Source of the DNA: Lama glama
Taxonomy: Eukaryota
Direction of reading: 5' to 3'
Assembly: GCA_028534125.1 (NCBI GenBank)
Contig: CM052818.1
Coordinates: 16,122,001 to 16,186,000, forward strand
Length of the DNA: 64,000 nucleotides
The position numbers and the translations under genes are program-made. Each line of letters begins with the position of its first letter. Position 1 is the stretch's first letter. Below the pieces are notes generated by a model. It was not told where the DNA came from and did no database searches. It was given only the letters and a program-made list of their open reading frames with translations. Shown here in pieces: positions 12,984 through 25,390 of this stretch.

Positions 12984-14264
12984 AAAAATGTACTCTTCCT
13001 TAGAAATTGTTTTTTTAATAACACTAAATCATCAGTGTAATTAATTTTACAGTTAATTTTTTTCTTTATTAGATTAGGATAATAAGCAGGGCATTAAAAT
13101 ACTTTTGGCCAGCATGGCAAAAGTATATTTCATTCCTTCCTATGTAAAGTAAGCTATTTCTGGATACCTCTTGAAAATGGATATAAAGGAAAGAAAGCAA
13201 TAGTGGAATAAAGTGGTTTGTTCAACTTTCCTCCATCTTGCTACATTTCCTCTCCTGTAGTGACTGTGACAGTGACTTGATAGGGAAATGACTTCCCTCA
13301 GCATTGAAAGTCAAGCAAGGCTTATCAGCTGTTGATTTTACTGGCCAGACAGGTCTATTATATCTAGAGATTGAAAGTATCAATACACCTACATGCCTCA
13401 TTTCTTTAATGAACAAATCCAATATCCTCTTGTTCTTTAGGGAGTCTAAGCTATTTGAATTTCATCTCAGCTCTCCACTTCAGTAACTCTAGAGGTTCTC
13501 AATTAGCATGTTCAATTAAAATTTGGTTAAGTGCAGATTTTGCTGTACCCTAGCCACCTGAGCAGTAATATCTGGGTTTCCTACTTACTTATAATACCTA
13601 GACCACTGATGCATTCTGGTATTAGAATAAACATCACATCCCTCAAAACAGAGATGTCACCAATATTTATATTGCTACCACTTTTTAATTTTAGCCTTTT
13701 CATTACTACATCCTCTTATTCTGTCAAAAAAACCCCCCAAAACCCACTGTGGAATGTTTGTTAGAGCATCTAAAAAAAAAAAAAATACAAACTGAACTCC
13801 AGTATTTCGAAGTCAAAGAAAGCTTCCCACAATAAGCCTTCCTATCATGAATCAGCACATGGCCCAAGGTCTCTCACAGGACCTCTCATGTCCTGCCATC
13901 AATTTGTATTTTTATGCCTCTTCCAAGATTAGTTTTCCTATGCAGGAAATCTGAAACTCTATTTCCTTTGTTGAGATTTCTATTTCCAAATCCTTTGTCA
14001 TTTCCCTCTCTAATTGCCAAAATTAGGTTATGTGTTGCAAACAAGTTTTAGTAAAGACAGGGTAATATTTACAGTTAGAGAGCACTGGCTCCTGTAGTTC
14101 ATAAGCCAGCACCAGTTCACTGGGGGCTTGACCATCAATAACCTGTTCTTTCATTTCATATGGAAAACAGCCACCAAATTTATCCAGTTGTACCATTTTC
14201 TTTACCCCAATCCTTACTATAATCTTTTTTTCCCTCCAATTTCCTTTTGTTTCATTTGCTTTAT

Positions 14265-14900
14265 CAGTTAGTCTCATGTTCAGCAAAATTTCCCTAAAAC
14301 TAGACCTTGAAATAACTTAAGTGTTAATTTCCTTGGGAGGTGAACCCAAGATCACACATTAGATTATGAGGAAAGTAAGACAGAGAAGGGGAAAAAGTCC
14401 CCTAAAAGGATGTTAAGATGTAATAGAGGGTTGCCAGATAAAATACAGGATCCTTAGTTAAATGTGAATTTCAGATAAATAGTAAATACTTTTTAATATA
14501 TAACTATATGCCAAATTTTACACAGGACATACACTAAAAATTATTTGCTGTTTATCTAAAATTCACATTTAACTGAGCATCCTGTGTTTTTATTTGCTCA
14601 ATCTGGCAATTCTGATGTGGTACCACCATGGGCAACTAGGGCTCAATCCTGAGAAACCATAATGAACTTGTTATAAAATCATTTCCTTGGAGGACAGGGT
14701 AACTGACTCCCTTCCCCATTATGTTTCGGGTTTGCTCTGATTGCTTAAATCTGTGTTCCCTTTCCACACTCCTCACTTTATTCTAGTTATGGTTGCCTAT
14801 CTCAGCAAACTCCTGGGTATAATGCTGGAGAAAACCCTCGGTAGAGAAGAGAGACACACTAGCTTGAATGGGAAAAGTGCATCTCTGGCCATGGATTCAT
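14265..14900 (-). mobile_element. ERVL-type LTR (LTR33-like)
   Basis: 'ttgggaggtgaacccaag...gaaagtaagacagagaaggg...accaccatgggcaactagggctcaatcc' resembles LTR33; split by a MER53. Confidence 0.55.
14426..14614. mobile_element. MER53 palindromic hAT MITE
   Basis: Termini 'gagggttgccagat' and 'atctggcaattctg'; internal inverted arms 'agttaaatgtgaatttcagataaa' and 'tttatctaaaattcacatttaact'; degenerate 8-bp TSD atgtaata / atgtggta. Confidence 0.9.
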
Positions 14901-17039
14901 TTCCCTGTGACTATAGCTCCCACTAGGAAGCTCTTGTTTCCATGGTCAAAGCTCTCAGTGACCTCCATCTTCAGTATAACTTCCCCCATCTTTAGCCCCA
15001 GGATTGTCAATGGCTTTCAACACATTTTGGTCCCGAGGTTTCTCAGTATAATTCTTCATCTTTTTTTGATTAGTCACTAAAGTATTTTCATTTGAACGCC
15101 TGAGGTAAATTTATTTCCTGTTAAGACCTTGAGTGATAGCCTACAAAATTCTATGTACTCTTCTGAATATGCATGTTATTGTTTCTCAAAATAAAACGAA
15201 AGTAAGTGAAAGAGAGAACACTTTCTGACTGGATGACTAGTGCTGTCGGAGGAAACATCTATATAATCAGAACTGGGTCCTTTTCTCTTATGGGACTGGC
15301 CTGTTTACAGTAGAGTTGTATTCTGTTGTGATAAGTGAGCTCAGTGGGCCAGGTTAAAATATAGTGGGTGTGCTCAATTCAGAGAGATGTCAGCAAATTC
15401 ATCTGGCTGCATATCTAAGTCCCATCCTCCAATATTTTTCATTAGCAATAATGCTGACTTTTTCTCATCATTTGTCTGACTTCTGTATATATATCTTTCA
15501 ATAGATTTAGAAAACATTTAAAAAGAGAAATGCATTAAATATGGGGCCACCTAAAATTGGACTTGGAGAAAAATACAGAGGGAAGAAGTATTTGAATGTG
15601 GATAAAAGATGCTAATTAAAGCCTCAGGTATTAGCAATCAGGGACCACAGTTGTTTTTTTGTTTTTTGTTTTTGTTTTGTTTTGATTTTAATGATGCTCC
15701 CTGACTTATATTGTGCCAGGAGGTTTGTTTTTCATTTTTGTGGTTGACTTTTAACTGGTATAGCTAGGGCAGAAAGTGTGAGTCTTCAAGCTCTCCTAAG
15801 TACGAGCCATGAGGAATTTTTATCTTGTCAAGTCACTACATTTTTTATCAGCTTGTGCACAGGCAAATGGTTGCCTTCATACAGGTAAAAGCTTGTGACA
15901 GACATTAGCATTCAGATTCTTACATGACCTTGAACTTCAGATTGAGCTAGGCCTAGTATTGCAGATGAGGCTGGGATAGAGATTTGGTCTTTTTAGACAT
16001 TTTTGGGAGGCATAGTATTTTCTATTTTTACTTTAACTCTTACCTAGATTTTTCGGGCAGTGCCTTTTAACAGAAGGATAGCTATCTATGTTACATGCAT
16101 ACATGCAAAAAATTATCTTACTTGTTAATGCCAGGCCATGGTAGACAATACTGCCAACTCTCACAATAACTGCATTTAGAAATAACTGAGTAAGGTGCTA
16201 TAATGTCAGAGTATGTGTCTTACTCATAAGTTTTCAGTCATTTTACCTACCAAAACCCATTGTCTAAGACTCACTCTAAATTTGCTAACTACATAACTCC
16301 TGACACTGGCTTTAGACTGAAGAACCCACCCTGTGAGAGACTTCACCCAAGAAAGGCTGATGAAGTATGTTAATACACAGAAAAAAAAGTGGATGGTTAT
16401 TATGGAAAAATATATATACCTGATTATTGGGTTGATATAGATAAATATTGAGGACTCAAAGGATAAGACTAAAATTATAAAAGACCATTTCCCATTAAAC
16501 TTTAGTTATCAGGTTTGTTCAAGATATTAAAGAGAAACTTGTATAGTTTGAAATATGATCTTCAGTTTTGTATCAGAATAGTAGTAATGGATTAATGGGA
16601 GTTAAAAAAAAGAAGCATATTATGAGACAAGCTGCAGAAAGTTAAAAGAAAATTCTTAGAAAAATATTTGTGACTAAGAAAAAAATGGATTTCTACATAA
16701 AAATTAGATATTTAAGGTTAGGCTAGGTGGAGATAAAGCATGCATACACCTAGGACCAAACACTCTTAACGATGATATTAGAAAAGAAGATATAAAGGTG
16801 TTGGATTGTCTGATTATTTGAAAAAAGAAAACAATGACTTCCCCCCATCCCCACTAAATCTAACAGAGGAAAAATAATATACTTTCAAAGGCCTGAGAAG
16901 CCAGAATTAAAAAACAACAGATGGACAAAAAAAAAAATCCTGTTTATTGGTAGCCTTTTTTTTTGGTTGTTCCAATGTAAAATAATTTTTATTTAGAAAT
17001 ATAAAGCATTAATCTACTGTATGTTGGATTTTCCTTCTT

Positions 17040-17565
17040 TTATATTAATAGACTTTATTGAGTAGTCTTAGGTTTATTAAAAAATGGAGGAGAAATTTCC
17101 CATACACTATAGCTCCTTTGTTTCGTATGTACTACCCTGCCACAATACAGTTCCCTATATCATTAATTTCTTGACTAAGTATGGCACATCTGTGATAATT
17201 AATGAGCCACTGATACATAATTATTAACCAAAGTGCATAGCATATATTAGTGTTCACTGTTGTGCTGGACATTTTACAGATATAATGTATAATGTGTAAT
17301 ATATGTATCCACCATTACAGTATCATTACAGCATTATACAGAAAATTTTCACTGCTCTAAAAATCCCCTGTATTCCCCATATTCATTCTTCCCTCTCTGC
17401 TACCGAAGTCCTGACTACTAATTATTGTTTTTAACTGTCTCAATAATTTCATCTTTTCTAGAATGTCCTACCACTGAAATCATAGTAAAAATATTTTTTA
17501 CATTGGCTTTTTTTTCTCACTTAACAATATGCATTTAAGTTCCCCCTATGTCTTTTTGTAACTTA
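17040..17565 (-). mobile_element. L1MC1-like 3' UTR (antisense)
   Basis: 'tagactttattgagtagtcttaggttt...ccaaagtgcatagcatatattagtgttcact...gtatccaccattacagtatc...cactgctctaaaaatcc' resembles the reverse complement of the L1MC1 3' end. Confidence 0.8.
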
Positions 17566-19850
17566 ATCTAAGGGATTTTACTTTGTTGGAAATGTGGATG
17601 ATGCTTCTTTGCTCTCCTTCTCAAGCCTCTTCATAGGAAGAAAGGAGCTACTTTCTAAAGCTTTAGCCTTAAAGGGACACAAAGTCACCAAAGAAAAATT
17701 TCAGTTTGCCTAAACCCAGCTTCAATATTTACGGCATCTGATATCAGAACAAGGGTTACATTTAGATTCAGATAAACTTCATGGTTTCCTAAGTTTCCCA
17801 AAAGATCAAACTAAACACAAACTGTGGGATTTTCTCAGGCTAGCTGGTTATTGCCGAAACTGCATTCCAAATTTCTCTCTTACAGCCATACCTCTGTATA
17901 TTTTACTCAACAGTAAGAACTCTGACCTAATTTTATGGAAAGAACTAGATAACATAGCTTTCAAGGCCTTAAAGTCGAGTTTGATGAAACTACCTGCCTT
18001 TGGGCATCCCAGTTAACAGATTCCCTTTCTCATTTTTATATATGAAATAGAAAGAAAAACCCTTGGAGTAGGTCACCCAAAAACATGGGGACCACCATCA
18101 ACCCATAAGGTATTAAACCTAGCAACTGGAACCTGTGGCACTGGGATGCCTTCTTGTCTTGGAGCTATTACAACTGACTGCCCTTTAGGTTAAGGTCCCT
18201 GAGATGCCCTTTAAACATTTTTTGCATCTCATACAGAATGCATACATAGAATCCCTCTTGAAGTCTATTCTGACTCAGCATTTCTCAATCATCCAGCTCA
18301 CCACCTATGAAATCCTTTTATTAACTGCTCCTCATATAACTCCATTACATTGTAATAACCTTAACTCTGCTACCCTTCTCCCCTCCATCACTGAGGGAGT
18401 CTCTTGGGACTATTCACCACTGACTGGTTACCTCCTGATTCCTCATGATGATCTACAAAAAATTACTCTGAATAACACTGATTTCTCATGGTTCACTGAT
18501 AATTCTTATTTAAAAGGTGACAATGGCAAATATCGTGCTGGGTATGCTATTGCAATTCCTTTTGAGTTTTTGAGGCAGAATCTTTACCTATAGCTACCTT
18601 TTAAATAAGACTAACAGGCTGAATTTTACACACTTATATTGGGCTTACATGTTAGCCAAGGACAAAACTGCCAATATTTATACTGATAGTAGATATGCTT
18701 TCAGATAAGCTCATGATTTTGGAATGCTGTGGAAGCAATCTGTTTTCCTCACTTGCAACAGAAATAAAATTTAAAATGGCCCCTATGTTCGAGAATTACT
18801 GGATATAACACTTTTACCTGCCACTTTAGCTATTAAGATTCTGGGACATTCTAAACTGAGTTTTCTAGAAGCTAAGGGAAATCATCTTGCTGACATTTTC
18901 ACAAGGAAAGCTGTCCTTAAAGGGACCAGCAGCAGCCAAGGCCACAAACAGAAACTACTTCACTTGTCCTACTTAGCCAAAGTACAACCCAGTGAAGCCT
19001 GCGTGTACTGCTCCTGGACATTTTAAACTACCTAATAGACCGTTTGAGATTTGGCAAATAGATTTCATATAATTTCCTCCATGGGTATAAATATGCTTTA
19101 ATCATAGTCTGCATATTTTCACACTGGACTGACGCCTTCCCTTGCAGATAGGCTACTGCCTCTTCTGTTGCTAAAGTCCTTTCAGAAAAGATAATCCCTA
19201 TCTGGAGAACTCTCAAACTTTATATTGATTGAGGAACCCATTTTACTGGCCAGGTGTTCTAACACATTTCTGCTGTTTGCTGGTTTTACAACCCTTTCAC
19301 CTTGCTTAACAATGTCAACCCTCTGGTTTAGTTGAACACGCTAATGGCATTATTAAGACTCAATTGGCAAAATTTTAGAGGCCCTCTAAATACCTTGGCC
19401 AAAAGCATTTCCACTGGTCTTTTGAAATCTTTAATACACCTTTTTGAAACCTCATAAATTTGAGAGAGTCACAGGATTCCCATTGTGTCTGACTCTTGCT
19501 TCTTTTAACCCACAACTGTTACAAAGAGAGGTACTTCAATACTGCAAAGGTCTAATGGCTTCTACCAAAAATAACCGTGTTTTGGTTATTTGGTTAAGCA
19601 TCACACCTCACACCTTGTAACCTGGGTATTTGTCTATTGGAATAGGCACCCCTGGAAGAATGCTCTTCAATCTCACTGAAAAAAAAAAACAAAAACCTAT
19701 CAGGGACTGCTAACCAACTCTTGTGCCACCAAATTCCTAGAAATTGACTCTTGGGTTCATGTGACACACCTAAAGAAAGCAACAAACACCAACTGGACCT
19801 GTGTATCATCTGGCGACCTGAAGGTAAAGATTTTCCGGAATTGAGGCAGG
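17566..19850 (+). pseudogene. pol: Class I (gamma-like/ERV1) endogenous retrovirus pol remnant: RT, RNase H, integrase
   Basis: RT: NVDD (decayed YVDD) at 17591-17602, LKGHKVTKEKFQ, FLRLAGYCRNCIPNFS (~17831-17878). RNase H: WFTDNS...AGYAI (ORF 18204-18593), ANIYTDSRYAF (18670-18702), GNHLAD. Integrase: WQIDF (19052-19066), D*GTHFT (19227), SGLVEHANG (E at 19334), C-terminal DSWVHVTHLK. Many stops and frameshifts. Confidence 0.93.
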
Positions 19851-20186
19851 CGTATTCTGACGAGGCAGCTTTCTTGAGATATCCAGACCATGCCTGTTGG
19901 AATTTTGTCACCAAAACTTTGATGATTGACATAACACTTTAGGGATGATTTCCAGTGTTCATGATCTTGACAACATATGGATTTTAGATTAAAAGTGCCT
20001 GAGAGTTCTCCCTTCTATCTCTTCTTGTTACTTGCAAGTAATCTCAATAGTGCAATCTGTGTATTTTCCATCCAATATGAGATATTATACCCAGGAAAGG
20101 TCCTTGCTAGCATTGAAGGACAAAAAGCTGCTGAAACTGGAAACTGAAACTCTTGATCAGTTATGCTTTCAGAGAAAGTTCTCAAT

Positions 20187-20215
20187 GAAAAAGGGATAAT
20201 GCAATAAATAAATAA

Positions 20216-20258
<43 letters not shown>

Positions 20259-20575
20259 TTTCAATCAAATAGAGTCAGGAGACCAGAACAGAGAACATTC
20301 ACACCCTGTGATGATAGCAGAGCCTAACAGGAAGAAGGAATTTTCCTGGCAAGGACCCAGCCAATGGAAAAAACAAACAAACGAACAAACAAAAAACCAT
20401 GAACTCTTTGTTTACTAGAGCCCTCTCAACTTCCTTCTCTTCTGTATAAAAGTATTCTCCTTCCCTTTGCTGTTGGAAGACTTGCATATGGTTCACCATG
20501 TTTGTATACTCTGAACTGCAATTCTCTGCTGATCCAGAATAAGGTCATCTTCTGGAGTTTGTCTTACATCAATAG
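20187..20575 (+). mobile_element. Polypurine tract and 3' LTR of the ERV
   Basis: PPT-like gaaaaagggataa (20187-20199) followed by TG (20200); CCAAT at 20361; TATAAAA at 20445-20451; degenerate polyA signal aataag at 20538-20543. LTR end approximate. Confidence 0.7.
20218..20254 (+). repeat. (CA)n microsatellite preceded by (AAAT)n
   Basis: Uninterrupted CA run read directly from the sequence. Confidence 0.97.
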
Positions 20576-20584
20576 TACCCATAT

Positions 20585-21750
20585 AAATAATACTGTGATT
20601 TTTATTTCAAATTCCTATTTTTCATTCCTGATATATAAGAAGATAATTTAAATGTACTTTTTAGTATTAACCTTACATTTGCTTTAGTTCCAGGAGTTTT
20701 TGGTTGAGTTTTTGGGATTTTCTACATAAATAACTATTCATTTGAAAACAAAGTTTTATTATTCCTTGCCAATATATATACATTAAGTATCATTTTATTG
20801 TCTGATTGCATTAGCTAGGATTTTGGTGTGATATTGAACAGAAGTAATGAGCGTGGCTATCTTTGCTTTGTTCCTAATCTTAGTGGGAAAGCATCTAGTT
20901 TCTCCTCACTAAGTGCAATGTTAGCTATAGGTTTATTGCAGATGTTCTTTATCAAGTTGAAAATATTCCCCTATATACTTAGTTTAGTACAAGTTTACAT
21001 AATGAATAGATGTTGGATTCTATCAAATGCTTTTTTAGCAACTAATGATACAATCATATGATACTTCTTTTTTAACTTCTGAATGTGATGAATTATATTA
21101 ATAACATTTCAGATGCTGGTTAGCCTTGAATCCCTGGGATAAATCACACTTGGTCATGGCTTATAAATCTTTATACATATTGTTGGATTTACTAATATTT
21201 TGTTGATACTGTTCGCACATATGTTCATGAGTGTGTTTCATCTGTTGTTTTCCTGTCTGCAATGACTTTGTCTGGTTTTGGTATTAGAGTAATCCTAGCC
21301 TCACAGAATGAGTTAGAATGAGTATTCTTTCAGCTTCTATATTCTGAGAGGGATTGTAGAGAATTGGTATGAATTTTTTCCTAAATATTTTGACAGAATT
21401 TACCAGTGAACTCATTTGTGCTTAGTGCTTTCTATTCAGAAGATTATTAATCATAGATTCAATTTCTTTAATGGATTTAGGTCTATTCAGATTATCTGTT
21501 TCTTCTGGTATAAGTTTTGATAGCTTCTACATTTCGAATAATTGGTTTATTTCATCTAGAGTATCAAATTTGTGGGCAAAAACTTGTTCATAATATTCTT
21601 TTATTATCTTTTTAATGTCTATGGGAAGGGGAGACAGATGCTTTCATTTATGATATTAATAATTTATGTCTTTTCTCTTTTTAATCTTAGTTAGCCTGGC
21701 TAGAAATTTTTTGATATTTTCAAAGAACCAGCTTTTTGCTTTGCTGATTA
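20585..21750 (-). mobile_element. L1 ORF2 remnant (antisense)
   Basis: T-rich; 'gatgttggattctatcaaatgctttt', 'tccctgggataaatcacacttggtcatgg', 'tctggttttggtattagagtaat' and 'tcaaagaaccagctttt' are reverse complements of L1 ORF2 RT-region sequence. Confidence 0.88.
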
Positions 21751-23110
21751 GAGTTGGCCTTTTAAATCTGTGATTGTAAACAGCAATTGGGAAAATATCA
21801 TTAGAGATTATTAAAGCCACACTAGGAAGTTACAGAAAATGTGGTGAGATCTGAGAAGGTTAGTGTAAAATACTCAGAGAAAAAATAAATGGCTAGTTTT
21901 AGATGACAGTTACTGTTTATTCAAATGCAATCCTTTCCCATAAGGTTACAGTATAGAGAAAGATATAAAAGTTTTTAATATGTTGGAAATGTGCTTTAAA
22001 TAATATCTGGTCATTGAGATTTTCATCATTGCAATTTCTAGACGCTTTACTATGTTAAGGATGTCAAAAATACTCTCATCTTAGAGATAATAAAGGATTT
22101 TTTTGAGTGCCTTCTACTATCCATTTTTAAATGGTATATAATAGCCTTTTGATAGGATATCTCTACAAATAAAGTTAATTTCACAGACTGAAACTAAGAA
22201 AGTCTTCCTATTTTATTCTCCTTATCTCAGGTGCCAATTAATTTTGCTATAATATTTAAGAATGTCCTTTACTTTCTCTCTCTCTCTTTTGGATTGGACT
22301 CATGTTGAAGTTGTAATAAACAGGAAAAGAGCAAAAAATAATATTTAGGAATGTCATGAATCATGTATAAGCCAATACTGCAATAATATTTTATCTCGTA
22401 TATAACTCTGGATTTTTCTAAAGAAGAAAATATGAGAAACCAGATAACAGCTAAGATCTTAAAGAATTTCACTGGAAGACATTCTATGTTACAGCTTCTG
22501 AAAGAATCTAGCTTGACCATATAACAGGAATCACTTTGCTGAGTCTAGCAGAAAAATAAATCAGATAGGATGAATCTTGGATTTTAATTACTCTGAACTA
22601 AAGGAACTAGGGTAGAGTCCATACTCTCCAACTAGAATTCATATTGGTAGCCTTTATAATATGGTTAGGAACAAAAAACAACTCACTCAAGGGGAAAAAA
22701 AAATCTATCCTTGCTACTGTCATTTTTTAAAACCAAATACCTTGTTTGTTTGTTTGTTTGTGGTTTCCTTCTTTATCCCAAGGATTTAGCATGAGGTTTC
22801 CCGGCAGTTTGACATTATTTTCAAACTGGAGAAAACAGAATTATAAGTAGTTTGCATATATCTACTATTATTTGCAAAATGCTAAACTTGTAGAATCTGT
22901 GAAAATGCAATATACTGTAAATAGAAACAGACCTTCCTGAAATAGAATCTGCTGGGTGATTGAAATCTCCTTTTTTTAAAAAAAGATTTTTTTCCTGCTA
23001 AGTTTTTTTTTAATGAAGAAACCTATAATTCAAAATCTACTTCCCTTGTGTATTTTGAGCTAAATCCTATTATACTGGTGAGGCACTTCGTGAGTCTGAT
23101 GGTTTTAAGT

Positions 23111-23185
23111 CAGAGGTCAGCAGTTTTTTCTGTGGAAGACTAAATTGTGATTTTCTTAGGATTTGGAGGCTGAAGAGTCTGTGAT
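23111..23185 (+). mobile_element. MER58-like 5' fragment
   Basis: 'cagaggtcagcagttttttctgtggaagactaaattgtg...ttaggattt'. Confidence 0.45.
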
Positions 23186-23309
23186 GTGTGATATTTCTGT
23201 TGAGGGACAGAGCCTTAGAACTACTTGCTCTGCCAGCTGTGCTGACATCAGCCTATTTGACTAGGCCTAACATGAACACAGAATGGGAGGAAGACTCTAA
23301 GCTGGCCAA

Positions 23310-24351
23310 CAAAAATATCCATGTTAAGCACTTCTCATGTGTACCACTGTGAGACAGTCGTTCGAGAGAAAAAAAAAATAAAACAACTGTACAATTTATA
23401 CAGTTATTTGAGTTACAAGCTGAACTAACTTGTCTTTTAAAACATCTTTTTAATTGAAAAAACAATCTCTACTCAAATTACAGTACTCAGTCTTGGGTAT
23501 TTGAGAGATATTTCAGAAATGAATTAGGTTAGCACTGTATTTGTGGGAAATGGTAAAAGTTCAGATTTTAAGTGAAACTAAAATTTATGGAAAATTTGTG
23601 TTTGCCACCATAAGCCTGAAAGTTTCCCAATGAATACATATTTTTCTGATAAGATCTATGCTTATATTAACAGTTGTGTTTTTTGATATTATATGAAATC
23701 TTTTAACATTTGGAAAATCTGGATAACTCAATGAATAAATATTTTTAAATAATCAGTGCACGATGCTACAAAATCATGCATAAGTAAAAAATCCATAAAA
23801 TGTGCACTGTAAACCAATGAAATTTAGTATAATGAGAAGGAAAACATTACTTATGGTTTAGAATTTCACATTGTAGCTGTGTTTTAATGAAACACCATTT
23901 GTTAAGTTTTGGTGTAGTATCAAAGAACAACATTCATACTTATCTGAAGCGGTTATTAAAATGCTTCTCTCTTTTCCAATTACATGTCTGGGTGAGGCAG
24001 GATTTTCTTCATATACATCCAGCAAAACAACACATCACAGTTGATTAAATGCAGAAGCAGATACAGTAATTCTGCTGTCCTTTCTTAAGCCTAACACATT
24101 TTTCACTGATATTTTTGTTTGGAAAAACATAGCTTTTTCCATCAAAATGTTATTGATAATGAAAGGCAATAAATTTGTTTTCATTACTAATTATTAAATA
24201 AATTAATAAATGATTGCATTTATAATTTCTAAGTTTTAACCTCTAAATTGGCAAGTAATATATAAAACTCATGCAAGCACAAGATTTTTAGAATCCTTAA
24301 TATTTTTTAAGAGCATAAACATTCTAAGATAAAAAAGTTTGAGAGCCACTG
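23310..24351 (+). mobile_element. Charlie1-like hAT transposon remnant (transposase C-terminus and right end)
   Basis: FWCSIKEQHSYLSEAVIKMLLSFPITCLGEAGFS (~23907-24008) matches the hAT dimerization motif FW...P.L...FPTTYLCEAGFS; ends in the terminal repeat 'aaaaagtttgagagccactg'. Confidence 0.85.
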
Positions 24352-25267
24352 CCATGTGAGATTCCTTACTTCCCTGCTTATGCTCACTTTGGCGTCAAAG
24401 TCTTGAATCCAAAAGGCATATATCTAAGATGATAATAAACTTGTTGGAAACTAATCTTTTTGCATATATGTTTCATTCTATGCAAACTGTTGTGTAATTA
24501 TTTAAATGGAAATATAATGTTTTCTGAAATTGGATTTTGGTTTCCTTTCATTAAAAAATTGATAAGCCCTTAACCAATGTAAATATGGGGATAGTGCAGG
24601 TTCACTCTGATCCTCTATGTTGGAACATTGTCCTGACCCAGAATATCTTTATCCTCTAGGGGAATTATTACTTTTTCTTTGCTTCCTGGTTGTTTGTTCA
24701 AGGCATTACTTTCAAACCTCACATTCACTGAATGATGTAGAGGTCAACAAGCCTGGTTCACTTGCTCTGTCAGTGGTTGGCTCTGACATAAACTGTTACT
24801 GTAGCTCTCTCTCTTCAGGTAAGACCTCTGCTTTGAACATGTTCTAAGTGCTCTCAGGCACTTTCTCTCTCAGTGTTCGTCCACCAACTGCAGCAAATAA
24901 AGGAAGTCATGTGCAGGAGGACATGTGGTGCATTGGAGTGTTTGTTTCCCTTTGTTGAGGAGGTTTGTGTACATATCATAATGAAATAAAGACAAATTAC
25001 TCATTGTACCAATGAATGTATGGATTAAACATAGATGCCATTGTGCTTCCTGTGTACTATTATTCATATCTAAAAAAAATAACTACAGGTATCACTGTTG
25101 AATCACTTTATGATGATCACTATGAGGTTTCTATGTGCAAAACTACAGTTTCAGTGTAACAGTCTTAAAAGTATGTTTATATTGAAAAATAAAAACTATG
25201 GTAAACTACGATTAAAATTTCATACAAACATCATTGCATATGCTAAAAATAATCTCCCTACTTCTCT

Positions 25268-25390
25268 AAGAAAAAAAGAAGAGAGAGAGAGAGTGAGAGA
25301 GAAAGAAAGATGAAAGAAAGAAAGAAAGGGAAAGAAGGAAAGAAATGAAAAGAAAGGGAAAGAAAGAAAGAAACGAAAAGAAAAGAAGTG
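25268..25390 (+). repeat. Polypurine (GA/GAAA)n tract
   Basis: About 120 bp almost entirely A/G. Confidence 0.92.

Noticed and set aside
18204..18593. 129-aa ORF as a domesticated retroviral RNase H
   Set aside because: It is a fragment of a heavily disrupted pol: it frameshifts before the other catalytic residues, and the DGS motif reads DNS.
23310..24100. Domesticated hAT transposase (ZBED-like gene)
   Set aside because: Stops and frameshifts with no long ORF; an ordinary Charlie1 fossil.
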